A DNA stretch of 64,000 bases from Balanoglossus misakiensis (taxonomy: Eukaryota; Animalia; Hemichordata): the NCBI GenBank assembly GCA_040954595.2, contig CM082576.2:12837129-12901128 (forward strand), written 5' to 3'. The notes under the pieces are model-generated. The model saw only the letters and a list, made by a program, of their open reading frames with translations, made no database searches and was not told where the DNA came from. The stretch's first letter is position 1. Each line of letters begins with the position of its first letter. This document shows, in pieces, positions 1-14,900 of the stretch. A program made the translations under genes and the position numbers.

Positions 1-250
1 GTAATGCTTGAAGGAAACCCACCAAATTTTACTCCAGAATTTGTAGGACAAAATTATTCAACTTGAACTGCATATTTTCACAGTATATATTGGAATTTTT
101 TTATTATTCTAGTCCTGTACTAGGCTTAATTTCACATTATTGTGCTCAGCCATGTGTAATTCCCCAGTTATGAATCTTGGCGATAAGTAGATAACGTCTT
201 ATTAGAATCATATGAGAAATGCAAGCCTAATAAAACTTTCATTTCCCTAC

Positions 251-508
251 CTTATCTTTCTGTCCGGGAAGAGGTCTCCTGTATCTGTGCGTATCTTTGA
301 ACGCGTATGTGTTTATGGTTTTCTCAAGCTCTTCGGGGAGATCTTTGTGATTATATGCACCTGGCATCAGCGTTTCCCCTTGTCTCCATCTTATGACGGC
401 CAGCTCTCTCTTTCTGCCTTCGCTCTTGAATGAATACGTGAATGGCTTCTTCTCCATGAATTCCTCCAGGAAGTCTTTGGTGTCGTACGACCCCGGCACA
501 GGTGTTTC
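251..508 (-). CDS. STPG4: STPG4-like exon 3 (86 aa)
   Basis: ctttcag|GAA...AAG|gtaggg, 258 nt, with PGSY and PGAY repeats. Confidence 0.9.
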
Positions 509-1550
509 CTGAAAGCAGCAAGATCGTAATAGCGGTAAAATCAAACATAATACCAGTAGTAAATAAAATATTAGAATAAAAAAATGGCAAAAAGTCATAA
601 AACAGTATAATCGTGGTGAATAGTAACAGAAGACATGGTATAGTCAACTGTTTATTTTATTAAGGGCCTTTTCATTTATTTAGGGAGGGGGGTCATGCAT
701 ATTATGATATCTGAGCAGAGCAAGTGAATGTTGTGCCGACTTTATTCACAAACACCATAATCTTGACCATAGACCGACTGACATTGAAGCTTGAGTGTGT
801 AGTGCTTGATTGAAGTATTCCAAACGCGCTCCTCGATCACCACGCACGCTTCTTCTTGAATGGTGATACACTAATCAGGAGACATTGTTCCCGACTTTGT
901 TACTACCGAAGTTTATTGTGTCACGTAATGGTAGTTATTTGTCACACTGTCGCAGTTTTGCAATTGGAAATGGTACTTTATTTTCACTCACCCTTATACC
1001 TGTTCGCCACCATTCTTCTCTGCCTGATACTGGAGGTTCATAACCATCTTTCAAAGCGGTCCTCTCCTGCAAATCGGAATAAATATGACAGTTATAGACA
1101 ACTTCACACTGTGTGACTGTCTCGCCAAAAACTTTTGTGTACACAGTGACAAAGTGTCAGTCTGTATAATTAACTTCGGGCTTTTGTGTGTGCGTAATAA
1201 TTGACGGTGGTTTTGTATTCGCTGTCGCAATTTGAGAAACGATTTGTCAATTTCTGTCGGTACAGGAAAACGGGACGTCGTCTGGAAATGTATGCGTTCG
1301 TGAACATCGACAACTGTGCATGTGTACACGATCTATCAGTATCATAATAGACAGGTATAGCTTTACGTCGTCTAGTCGCGCCTGTCCCTCGAATGCATGG
1401 GCGCACAAATAATCGGCACCTCACCCGTCTCGACGCAGATCTGTCGGCCGTTCCTTTCTTGTTGCCCTTCTTCCCTTTCTTCGTCGTGGCGGAATCGTCG
1501 GCAGACTTGTCAGCTGCCTGCTTCCCCGTCGCAGTTGCTTCGGGCGCCAT
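251..1550 (-). CDS. STPG4: STPG4/C2orf61-like sperm-tail PG-rich repeat protein, 5' part (exons 1550-1425, 1066-992, 508-251); continues beyond left edge
   Basis: Three GT-AG, phase-0 exons splice to MAPEATATGK...ASRR/ERTALKDGYEPPVSGREEWWRTGIR/ETPVPGSYDTKDFLEE...TYSFKSEGRKR...PGAY...TYAFKD...GQKDK. This matches recalled human STPG4 motifs (EREGWWR, TPIPGTY, TYNFKNEGRKK, TYSFKD). Its position next to calmodulin also fits. Confidence 0.85.
992..1066 (-). CDS. STPG4: STPG4-like exon 2 (25 aa)
   Basis: tttgcag|GAG...AGG|gtgagt, 75 nt, contains REEWWR. Confidence 0.85.
1425..1550 (-). CDS. STPG4: STPG4-like exon 1 (42 aa)
   Basis: ATG at 1550-1548, donor CGG|gtgagg, 126 nt. Lys-rich N-terminus with no recognised homology. 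Confidence 0.7.
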
Positions 1551-1910
1551 GTTACCACTAAACACACGCACCAGTGCAGTACCAGTACCCGGCAAATCGA
1601 TCGAGCGGCGTCCTTCACACTGCCTAGTTACCACTTTGCATAAAACACGCTGTGACAATGGGCCATTCAATTCAGCGTCTGGCTCACCGGGGCTGACAAC
1701 CCCAAAATGTTTCGAGTGAGGGCCCGCCGAGAGAAATGGATAGGGTCGACTTGTTTGTATTTTTTCGAAGGTGGTATTAACTACCCTATCATCTGACTGC
1801 AGGATTTGACTTGCTTTCGAAATTCTTGATTTACAGTACACTGAGAATGTACAGTTATCCTCAGTCACCGCTTCATTAATATAACTGTAGCCCTGACGCC
1901 CTGGTAGATG

Positions 1911-1945
1911 TTTTTTTTTTTTTTTTTTTTTTTTTGGGGGGGGGG
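1911..1945. repeat. T25-G10 homopolymer tract
   Basis: Directly visible. Confidence 0.9.
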
Positions 1946-2611
1946 CTTACATCAGACGTTGGGCTGGGGATGGTTAGCCATGTGAACATACGTATTTAAA
2001 AGTTCGGGGGTTTCTTTTCGTTTGTCCTGTACCGACATTAAATTTTGGATCTCATGTGGATTTTGAGGGGGGGGGGGGGTTCATTTTGTATAAATATGAC
2101 GCTGTTGATCAACTAGCAATACCCATTCATCTGTCCACTTTATATTATAAACTAAAAGCCAGTCAGCCCACACAAACATTCTTTACTGAGCATATCCTCA
2201 ACCAGCCAGGATTTCTTGTCAGAGGATAAAGTCCCCCCCCCCCCACCTTCTTTACACCTAATATTTGCTTTTACCCCCTCTCCTAGTGTTTAAATGACAT
2301 TGGCCAATACAGATTGCATCATCATCCCCGATAGTATTTACTATTATCATGATAATAAGCACATGGCCAACTTTTGAGCAAGGCATTCCATAAGGTTCCC
2401 CACAAAACAGGGTTATGAAACACAATGGCGCTGTGTAATACCATAAATGGCAAACTTGCAAAACAAGAGACTTGTGACCCCTACCCATACTTGGCGACCT
2501 TTGACTTGGCATTCACAATGGAACCATACATGAGGGGTCCACGACAGTTATAACTTCAGAAATCACCACACACAAATCTTTTTTTTTTAAATAATAAAAT
2601 GTTTGTATTTT

Positions 2612-2621
2612 TTTATTTATT
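2612..2621 (-). terminator. Calmodulin polyadenylation signal (overlapping AATAAA x2)
   Basis: The minus strand reads AATAAATAAA about 680 nt after the stop codon, followed by a GT-rich element (ttgtgtgtggtg, ~2577-2564). Confidence 0.6.
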
Positions 2622-3298
2622 TACAGCATGAACTGTGAACAAAATTGAATAACAAAGACACTACACAAACTCTGTATCTTTTCTCGTGGGGAAGGCCTCC
2701 CTGACATCATCATTCTCTTCAACTTTCGCTACATCTACTTTCCTGAAAACGATGCTTGCACATAATCGGCAGCATCTGCTCAACAAAAGATCATTTAAAA
2801 AAGTTGTAATTTTGAAATAATAATCAGCAGCAGCAATGTGTTCTAGGGTAGAAATCGGCAGTTTATTTTTTTTGTTAATGACAACAGTACATTTACCTTT
2901 CCTTACCTCACAAAACTCGCGAGAGAAATGGTTGAAGATCGGGAAAAGGACATTTCATTCGTATCAAATAACTGGAAATGGGACTCATTTTCACACACAT
3001 TTGCATCTTTCTTTCTTTTTTGTTGAGTTGGAATTATATCAATCACATATGTAAATATGGTACAAAAAATTTACAACAAACTAAAAAAAAATGCTACAGG
3101 CTAGCTGACACACAGTATGATTGTCTCTTGTTGAGCAACTATCTACTATCCTACTTTAGAAAGCAATGTGAGATGTAGAAACAAGATGGATGCTGTCTGA
3201 AAATGCAGTGGACTTGATTCAGAGTCAAAGATACATGTGATTTGAAAAAAGAAGGAAAAGAACGAGGATGTACAAGTACTGACAAAGAGACTGGTGTT

Positions 3299-5968
<2,670 letters not shown>

Positions 5969-6079
5969 TGTTTTAAAATTTTAGTATATGTAATACTAAT
6001 GCAGTGGTGACGGCTAACACACGATCGTAGCAATGCACAGAGTAAAGATACACAAGGACTGTTGCAAGGCCTGTTTACA

Positions 6080-6400
6080 CACCTTTATCTGTGTCCTTGC
6101 GCAGGAAATCGAGCATAGTAAACATCATAGCCAAAAATTACCAATAATGATTGGTCGCATTTTCCGCTGTTTGCACCAATTATATAAACAAAAATATTCT
6201 GCGTCGATCTGCAATGCGGTTGTTCATATTTTTTCCTGTGTTTTTCTTAGTACTGTCGTACTACTTTATTTTACTCTATTTTACGTGACGGTAAGGCGGT
6301 TGAATCAAGCGCGCCAATCCGACTGACAAGCTCGCAAGGAACGGCTGCTCTCATTGGATGTTGGTAGGGAAAATTCAAAGCACCAAAGTACACGCCAATC
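6080..6400 (-). promoter_or_regulatory. Calmodulin proximal promoter with CCAAT-box cluster
   Basis: Six CCAAT/ATTGG pentamers at 6141, 6150, 6176, 6314, 6353 and 6395, 170-430 bp upstream of the ATG, in CpG-rich sequence. Confidence 0.6.
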
Positions 6401-7005
6401 TGGTTGGACAATTTGCACCTGCAATGCGTCAAACGCGGAAAACTGCATAGATATCCCAGCGACCCACGCGTGTATGGCGGATAGTCTTCTGTTCCACACA
6501 TTATGTATATATAAAAAGATATCGTGTTGATTTTTTTTCTTTTGCTGAATGGCATTGTTTGTTTTCTTGACGCAGCATTGATTAAACCGTCGTCAACGTG
6601 TCACAGTCAGTGGAGAAAATTCTATGAACCGGCCCGTGTGGGTGTCATGATTTCCTCGGCGGGACCCGAGCTTTTCTGGCCTGGCTACCGGTCATTGACA
6701 GTGACATAAATTATGTTAAAGGAATTATTACACCTATTTTTATTTCATTTGAGTGTAAAAGATTCATTTAGTAAAATAACCATTTTATCCAAATCAAGAC
6801 ATTATATTTTGGCTGTGGTTTTCTATAATTAATGATTCATTAATAAAATCGTCGAAATTCATGTCCCTCAGAAAAAATCTCAATTCGTATTTGCCGCGTA
6901 TAGACCACGTGACATGACGTCATTGGGGGAAGTCGTTGCCAGTATGTAAACAGTGATATCGTTGCACAGCTTAGCCCAAAGCGAGAGTCCCGCGTTTCCA
7001 TCATT

Positions 7006-7149
7006 ATTATCAAACGATGCGTCGTCGGGGGCTGTAAAAACACTATCCGTAGTGTACATAGTGTACATAGATTTCCGAAAAGCAAAGGACTGAGAGAAAA
7101 ATGGGAGCGCTTCGTACAAAACGGCCCAAAGGTCACTACATCACCGTAA
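7006..7149 (+). pseudogene. THAP zinc-finger N-terminal remnant (transposase 5' end)
   Basis: Reads IIKRCVVGGCKNTIRSVHSVHRFPKSKGLREKWERFVQ: CxxxxC, FP and W motifs of THAP. The start codon is lost and the sequence is truncated before CxxHF. Confidence 0.75.
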
Positions 7150-7489
7150 AGGTAATGATGAATGGAACTGTACCGGTGTTATGCCAGTTTTGGGTAATCG
7201 GTCGCTTGTGAACAGGGAGTTTATCTGTGATATTTATGTATGAAATTTGTCGTCCCATTACGTTTTTTTCACAACTGAGATGTCAGCAATGATGTTTTAG
7301 TACGGACCGTGTCGGCATGGCGTAGTGCCGCGCACCGGGTTCTTAGTGTATATATCGGTGATCAGACGAGCGCAGACCTCCGTATCGGGGAGGCAGATCG
7401 GCTACGAGAATATTTGAGTTTCACTGAACCACTCCCTGAATATTTATTGTAAAATAAAAACAAACAAACAGAAAATGATGCTTATTCAC

Positions 7490-7763
7490 CAATCTATATT
7501 TCCCACTCGAGAAGACTCTGGCGAATCTCGACCCGCGCTTGAAGGCATTTCTTCGCTCGGTACATCGACGGATTCCCCACCAGCCCGAACAGGTTGAGGA
7601 GAGACCTCACCTCACGCCTTGCTGGTTCAAATCTATACGGCTGTGACAGGAATTTCCTTGAAAGCAGCGACGAAGAGCCCAAAACTCTCCATCGCTACTG
7701 TCTGAATCTTATACTCTCCCAACAAAATGCCTCGTCACTGACCGTGTTTAACGTTGACGCCAT
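7490..7763 (-). pseudogene. Frameshifted remnant of a P2X7 C-terminal (ballast)-like / KolX-like accessory gene, exon 1
   Basis: Read across frameshifts: MASTLNTVSDE...DSDSSDGEF...QPYRFEP...SRVGNID(W)|gtgaat. An acidic Ser-rich start, PYxFEP and RxGNxxW before the Cys cluster are typical of this family as I recall it. Confidence 0.55.
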
Positions 7764-9851
7764 AAAAGTCAAGTAGACGACATGTACGCCTCTCGATGCG
7801 TTGAATTGTAGACTAAAAGCGAAGGAGAGCCCCCAATGACGTCACACGTAACGGGACCGTTCAGACAGAGATTTTTTTGAAGGGGTGAACATTTATTAGG
7901 ATAACATTTATTCATCGACGAGAATAAAAAAAAAACGACACCAGAATTCAAATCATGAATGCAATTTTAGTTTACAGTCAAACAATGAAAAATATTTTTT
8001 GATAGGTGTAATAAACTCTTTAAACTTGACGTGACATTTTACCACAGATTGGGTCATTACCCCAAATCTATCGGCTGAATTATGTCATAATACATTTAAT
8101 AAATTTCAGCAAAATATGTCCCTAGTTACCGTTATTTTAGCGTGTGTGGAGTGAACGCGTAAGTCATCGCCCAGTACCGAAACTCACCCAAGGCGGCAAG
8201 CAAACATACGGGTACGAATGGTAATGACTGAGTTCTGAGACGGCGATAGCGCGAACCACCTATGCGCGAACACAACTGAATAAGTTAGGAATCTCTATAA
8301 AGACAAAAACACCTAGCTAGTCAAAATTGGTTCATAAAAACACCGTAAGCTCATTGTATGATATCTCTATGGTCTTAGGGTAATGTCATGTAACTTACAG
8401 TTTATTATATTATCCAAATAAGCTTAGGCCTAGGCCCTAGGGATAGCCCATACAAATCATATTGAAGTTTTTATATTTTTTTTGTAAAATTACCCCGCCC
8501 TATATCAATTCAACAGTTGACACATACATGTATATGCATATGCCCACTTGAACCTTTAAAAAAAGAGTGGCTATTTATGACTAGGCTAGGTCTGGTCTCA
8601 AATAGGCTATTACGTTCGATTTAGGACTAATGCAGTCAAACGTCAGAATCCAAAATTTCTTCCATTTATAGACCCTTTAGGTATAAGATGTACCTCGGCG
8701 ATTGTAAGCTAATACTTTTATTTCAAACCAGAGCCCCAAAGTTATGTTCGTAATCGTATCCCATTGCGACCAAAAAGTACAAGATAGGTCAAGCAACAAA
8801 AAAAGCTTTCATGACTATAGGACTGGCTTAGGCCCTAATTAATTTGATGCGAGAACTTTTGCACTTCAAATTCAAGGGCAGCTGCTATTTTATAGCTTTA
8901 GGCCTTGGCCTAGGGGCCTATAAAATCTAGGTCCCTGGTCGAGGCGCACTTAACTTCGTATCCATTTTTAGGATTTCAGAAATGCAACATACAAATACAA
9001 TGCTTCACAAACAATCAAAACAGCAGAATTTACAACTAGATACTATTAAGCTTCCAAAATTGTTCGACAAAATCGAGAAGAAATCCAAAACTGAGTGGAG
9101 TCGTTGCTGCTCCACGCTTGCTTTCTGGCGGAAAGAATTGTACCATTATTAAAGGGACATAACAATTGTTTTCAAACAAAAGTGAGAAAATTATGTCGAT
9201 ATTTAATGAAATAAAGTGTGTGTGGAATAGGCGCTAGATTTATATGCCGGGGTTCGGATGCCAGGCAATCAATTTGAGCAAACCAATTAACACCAGTAAA
9301 GTCATAATATTCCAGTAAGTTTTTGGTATCTCGATTCTTTGAAATATGTGATATATACATTTCTTCTGCCATTATTCGATTTTTGAATAGTTGTGACTGT
9401 CGATCATGTTCAACATTCTATAGACTAAATAACACGTCGAGGAGGGGGTCAACATATGTTCACCACATGCATGTCTCCTGATACTTGGTGATATTTTAAC
9501 CAAAACATCACGCAAAGGAAGTGAATACATATGAACATTCGTGGGAGTTGACCAAACCTTACTGACCCCCCACTCCCTCCTTCCCTCTGTCCGAAGTTTA
9601 ATTTTTTCTCGACACGCCTTTTGCCTACATCCAGTACAATTGTATATCTGACATTGGGTTGACGTCAAAGCAAAGAGTGGTGGGTATCTCCATGCATGGT
9701 CAGAGGTCCCCACGGGTTAGAATTTGACAAACCGTCGTCAGAGCAACGGTCAAAAACACATAGTGTACTATTTATTCTCGCGAGTCTCTATAATACTTCC
9801 TGACCGACGACTACCAAATGCGCACGTGATTTTTTCTATAGTATACGGTAC

Positions 9852-9950
9852 GTTACTATGGGAAGTTGAGATATAGCCAATCCCAGATTAGAAACGCAAT
9901 TTTGACCATACATGGGTACATTAAAATTAGAGTTGATTGTATTCCTTTAT
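9852..9950 (-). repeat. Terminus of a TTAA/AGG-ended (Kolobok-like) repeat family, copy 1
   Basis: Its reverse complement (taaaggaatacaatcaactct...attggctatatctcaac...gtaac) aligns with 11783-11930. Confidence 0.6.
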
Positions 9951-11782
9951 AGCCACAAGGTCTGCTGCGTCAGTACTAGTACTATTCTTCTGTAAAATTT
10001 AATCTCAAAATTGGTGTTCTCTGACATGGGTGTTATATTGCGAAAAATGAAATAAAGTGAATGGGCAGTTGTCACAAATTAGGATACTTTAAATTTGTTG
10101 ATTTTTTTGTGGCAGAAAGACACTATATTGAATATCTCATATGTATGATGCGTCTGGTGCCATACATGTATTTGTGCCCAATGTGCACCATGTTTCTTCA
10201 TTAGGCTAGCTGACGTAACAATCTGTGGTTCAAAAAATTCAATTTCGCTCTAAAATAGTATCAAGCTAATTCAAAGTGTCTTCAGTATGTTTACAAGCAT
10301 GACTGATGACCGACGATGACAGGACGTTCCGATTAGGGGAATAGCATTGAGGTCATTTCCTGCTAAAATTAACCCGACGCATGTCAAAACATAACCTTAT
10401 TACCACTTAAAAGGTATAGGTCTACAAAATGTAGTTGATAGGGGAACCCAAAAAATCTAAAAATGATGTTATTCCCATCTGTCTGTCGAGATAAACACGT
10501 CACGTGACACGGGTGAAACAGAAGTGGGGACTGGCAGCACACAAAAAGAGGCAAAAAGACGTTTTACTGAAAAGTACGCATCCACGCCCCTCTCAAGTTA
10601 AAGTTACGACGCTATAATTTTCTAATCACGACGCACAGCATAGCACACACGACTAGTTTTTTTGGTAATGCATTATCCAACTGCAGAATTCGCCGATACT
10701 GCATCTACAGTGACTTCTGATTCTTGCAAAAATATTCCTACTAAACCGACGTCTGCTTTCGATTCATTCAAAGAATGTAACACACTCAGTAATTACAACG
10801 GCCTGCAATTTCATTTCCCCCACGTCATATATACAGTATAGCTTTCAAGTATAGGAAAATTGTTATAACCCCCGGGGTAATATCGAAATGTTTTGCAACT
10901 GCTCGACCCTGGGCGACATCGAATCATTGTCATAAGAGGAAAGATTGTGTGATGGCCCCCGGTTTTAGGCTGATTAAAATCTCACTGTGCTTGTGGTCTT
11001 TTCCCTATGTCTTCGATCTCCGCCACGATTTGCGCTAATGGGGCAACGGTCAAACAGAAAATCCCCAAGTAAAAGAGAAAATGGTTAAATAGGTCTACGA
11101 TTTTGAGTAAAAATAGACCGCAGCGAATTTAGGCTTATATAATGCCGCCAATCCCCATATACCCATTGATTGGGCATGCGCCGTTGTCGTCGGCATATTT
11201 CACCGTATAAACTGTTTCATGTGCAAAATTAGAAGATGACGATTGCTTTCGACAACATGTAGAACTCTCGATTAATATGCAATCATGGATTCCAAGTAAC
11301 GAGGAATAAAACTTAATCCAAGTTTTTTGCAAGGCTGACCCGCGGATCGACCGTCCTAATTTCGCTGACATTTTGCATGGTGTGTTTATTTGTGGCTTCC
11401 CCGCCAATCTCTTTTCGAGGGAAGCCAAAACCGCTATTATGGATACAAGTTATTATATAAAAGCAATATATCAGCATATATGGGTCACATATCGGGAAAG
11501 GGCTAAAAGCTTTACATTCAATTAAATACGCTGCAGTGGTGGCGCTCTTCACCAATGATCCATTGTCATCGTAATATTCTGTTAGACTTTCTTCCAGACA
11601 GACCTATAGAAGTCCATATAAAGTCAACGTTTTTTTTTATTCCCAAGATCTCCTATTCGTATCAGAGTACCGCCAACGAGAAGACTCGACAATTACCTGT
11701 TATAGGCACGTGATCTTTCACATACAAGAATATCTGACGGTCAGTATAGCTGCTATATATACTCGAAGTTTTACCTGGTAGG

Positions 11783-11930
11783 TTAAAGGTATACGATCAA
11801 CTCTCCAACTTACACATGCCCATATACGGTTAAACGAGGGTATTCGAATGATCATTTGCTGACTTTTTTTCTGCGTGGCCGTCCTGTTAAAATCTGTAAT
11901 TGGCTAGATCTCAACCTGTCGTGTGGTAAC
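11783..11930 (+). repeat. Terminus of the same Kolobok-like repeat family, copy 2
   Basis: ttaaaggtatacgatcaactct...attggctagatctcaac...gtaac. Confidence 0.6.
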
Positions 11931-14900
11931 TGGCTAAATTTGCAGAGGTGACAACGAATCAAATCATGCATACTACAGCGCCACCGTTCACCGAGAAGTA
12001 CCAATAGTTACATTTAGTGCTATGCTGTGCTCTATTGTAAAGCAATTGCAACGTAATTTATTTTATTTGACAGTAGTAATCAGATTAAATAAACGCATAA
12101 TAAAATATGACACGCACGTTGATTATCTCGATAGTTTGAATTTAGCAATTTCTACTGTATTGTTACCGTGACCCAAACGATAATCTTGTGTTTACAGTAT
12201 TACCCGTTCGCGTTTATTCGTTGTCCATTTTACTTCCATGTTCGTCAACGTTTCACCCAGGTCATCACCAAAATAGTTTTTTGCAGAAACACATGTGTAT
12301 ATATAAAACTTGAAATCGAAGGAGCCTCCAATGAGATGTCATGAGGGCGCTGTGATGGACGCATTGGGCAACACCAATGGGCAACACCCAGGCTTGTTGG
12401 AGGGTCTGGAAATTAAACTTCGAAAAATCCACAATATTAAAGTTGTACATCGTGAAAGACCATTAATCGATAATTTTCTTTTTGAAAAATCAGTGTAAAG
12501 TCATTTTTTTGTTGGAAATCACCGTTTATAAAAGATGCCATTCTCAATATGTTCACGATCGCGACTTATAAGGTCTTAGGCCCTATATATCTTGAAAAAT
12601 TCTGCAGCGAAATCACGTATAGGAATGATCATCGTTTCTAGCGTTTTTAATTCGAACTCCTGTTAATTCGTATTTTGATTTATTCGATCAAGCGCGCCTA
12701 TCGTGTTTGATTTAACTGGGTGAACGATTTTACACGCCGTTGATTATACGTCCATGAATGCCATGATTCAATTTTTTCTTTGGGAGAAAACTGCAATTAT
12801 ACGGCTCCGTGCGCAAATGCGTGTTTTTTTCTAAATTTCAAGGGGGCGACGGTTCGAGTTCTTTCAATCCCCGGTAAGTGCGAGACAAGGGCTGAGATTG
12901 ACACTTGTGGGATTCGGATTCAATCACGGTGTGTGGCCTACTATAGATTTATTTGCACGATCCGTGTAATATATGAGGAATTACAACCCGTGTTAGACAG
13001 CCTGTTTATCATGACGGTGATGTCCGCTGCGAACACGGGTACAACACCGCCGTGATTATCCTGACTTGTTAACACAGTTTTTTTCTTCCTTCTGTAAGGC
13101 GAGGCTGGACGTATAACAAGGAGCTGAGCGGTGTGCCAAATCTTCCATCAGCTTGGTTAAAATAGTAATTGGGGATTGTCGTTGGCATCCAGAGGTCGAG
13201 GCGGAAAGAAGAGGTCTTTTTCTAAGAATCGAAAATCGATTTCCTGAGATTTCTTTCAATTTCTGGCATTCGTGGGAGAGGTACAGAGAAAACTTGGCTC
13301 GATGGAATTACCGAGTCTGAAAGTGTTAAATAGTCTTAATTTGCAGAGAGAAAAAATATGTGAATGCGTGCGCGAGTAGTGCGGTGATGTCTGTGAGGAC
13401 ATGATGTGGCGCGGTTTCCCCGGTGATTGCTCCGAAGCATCCGCTGGCCGTTCACCGGCGTTTAAGATGATAGTCATCCCATTTACATTCGCATCTGAGC
13501 GCGGTGATGGACACTTGAATTTTTGGGGCGTGGACAGTCCTCAGAGCGACGCGCCATTCAACACCCAAGTTCGGTTCGCTAGGATTAGGGAACGATCAAA
13601 TGTCCGGGATTCAATGAAAAAAGAGATGCGTTGTTTAAAGCAAGACGAAAACCTTACCCCTTCTCCGTAGAGAGTCTGTTCAAATTTAGCGGCGCCCTTC
13701 TTTGGCTTTGGCATCTTCGGATTTTCTTTCCAGACGACGAAATCAGTGACAGACAGACTCGGCGCATAAAATATCCAAAGCTATATATTGGCGGTGTCAC
13801 CACAGTCGACGATAAGGTTTCGATCACGGCCAACTGGAGTACGAATCGGTGTCTCGACACGGATACGAGAGCTAAGCTAGCTTGTTGCGCTTCCTAAACG
13901 TATAGGGATGGGCGTGTGAGCTTATTTACAATGCGCAGCGAATACTGCGCGCCTGATTTTACTTTCGCATTTATTATGGCGTTACCTTGGAAATGCCTAT
14001 ATGTGAATGCTGTTCTAAGAATTATGCACCAACAGCAGACGGTACTGCGTGTTTTGTACAAAGTAAAGGGGGAAATTTGAGCATACGTATCGACCAATTT
14101 CCTTGAATATTTTTTTTCGTAAATATCGCCAAACTATTAACTCTCGTTTTTTAAAGTATATTTTACTATCATTTCCCACATATTTTATTGACCGTTTTCC
14201 ACAAAATGTGCATTTAGTATGATCATTTTTTTGTCTCAGGAATGCCGAGTCGAGTTTCACGAAGTCCACCTATTAGTGTATTTGTATTTTATTCACTAGC
14301 GTCTTATTTATCGCTTCAGTCAAATACGGCGATTTTTGTTTATGGCGAAACTTCTTTAGGCCTATGTCAATGACGTGTGTTCTTGCGGTGATTATTTTAG
14401 CTGGTCAGCTAAGATTTACACACCAAGTAAAATAAAATAAAAACTCTTGTTATAGTCATGCAATGTGCAGTGCTTCGACAACGGTACAACCCCCCCCCCC
14501 CCCCAGCAAAATAATAAATGAAAAGTAAACTAAACTACTTGAAAATTCATTTTAAATGTCACAGTCCCCTTCTACTTCCAATGTTCTGTAATACTACACT
14601 CGTGCACAGAATCGTGACTTTCGATATTGTTGCGTCAATGTGAAAACGTGTCGTACGCAATGATGACGACATCAGACGAACGTAGGTGGCCGAATAACAC
14701 AGAAACAAACACTTTACGACTGTAGATGCCCGAAGCTCGAGGCGGTCCGGTGCCGCGTATATACCATGTATACTGTACGCCCAAACGCACTCGTGGCAAA
14801 CGATACTTGGGAGCTTCAATTTTTTGCAACGATCCGTATAAATCAACAAATACTGCAATTGTTTTCTTACAGATCGAAAGTCCGCTATTATTATTTTTTT

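Larger units (their letters stand above)
6720..8019. mobile_element. Internally deleted, non-autonomous Kolobok-type DNA transposon
   Basis: TTAA at 6716-6719 and 8020-8023. TIRs AGGAATTATTACACCTAT / ATAGGTGTAATAAACTCT match at 15/18, with AG...CT termini. Subterminal inverted repeats at 6915-6929 and 7830-7844. Contains convergent THAP and P2X7-ballast-like remnants. Confidence 0.8.

Noticed and set aside
1170-1868. 232-aa ORF, the longest in the track
   Set aside because: It starts at GTG. Only 1550-1425 behaves as an exon (ATG plus donor); the rest is promoter/UTR and intron read-through.
12340-12410. KPGCCP peptide resembling a WAP domain start, with a short gggcaacacc duplication
   Set aside because: A stop follows within 15 codons and the remaining cysteine pattern is missing.
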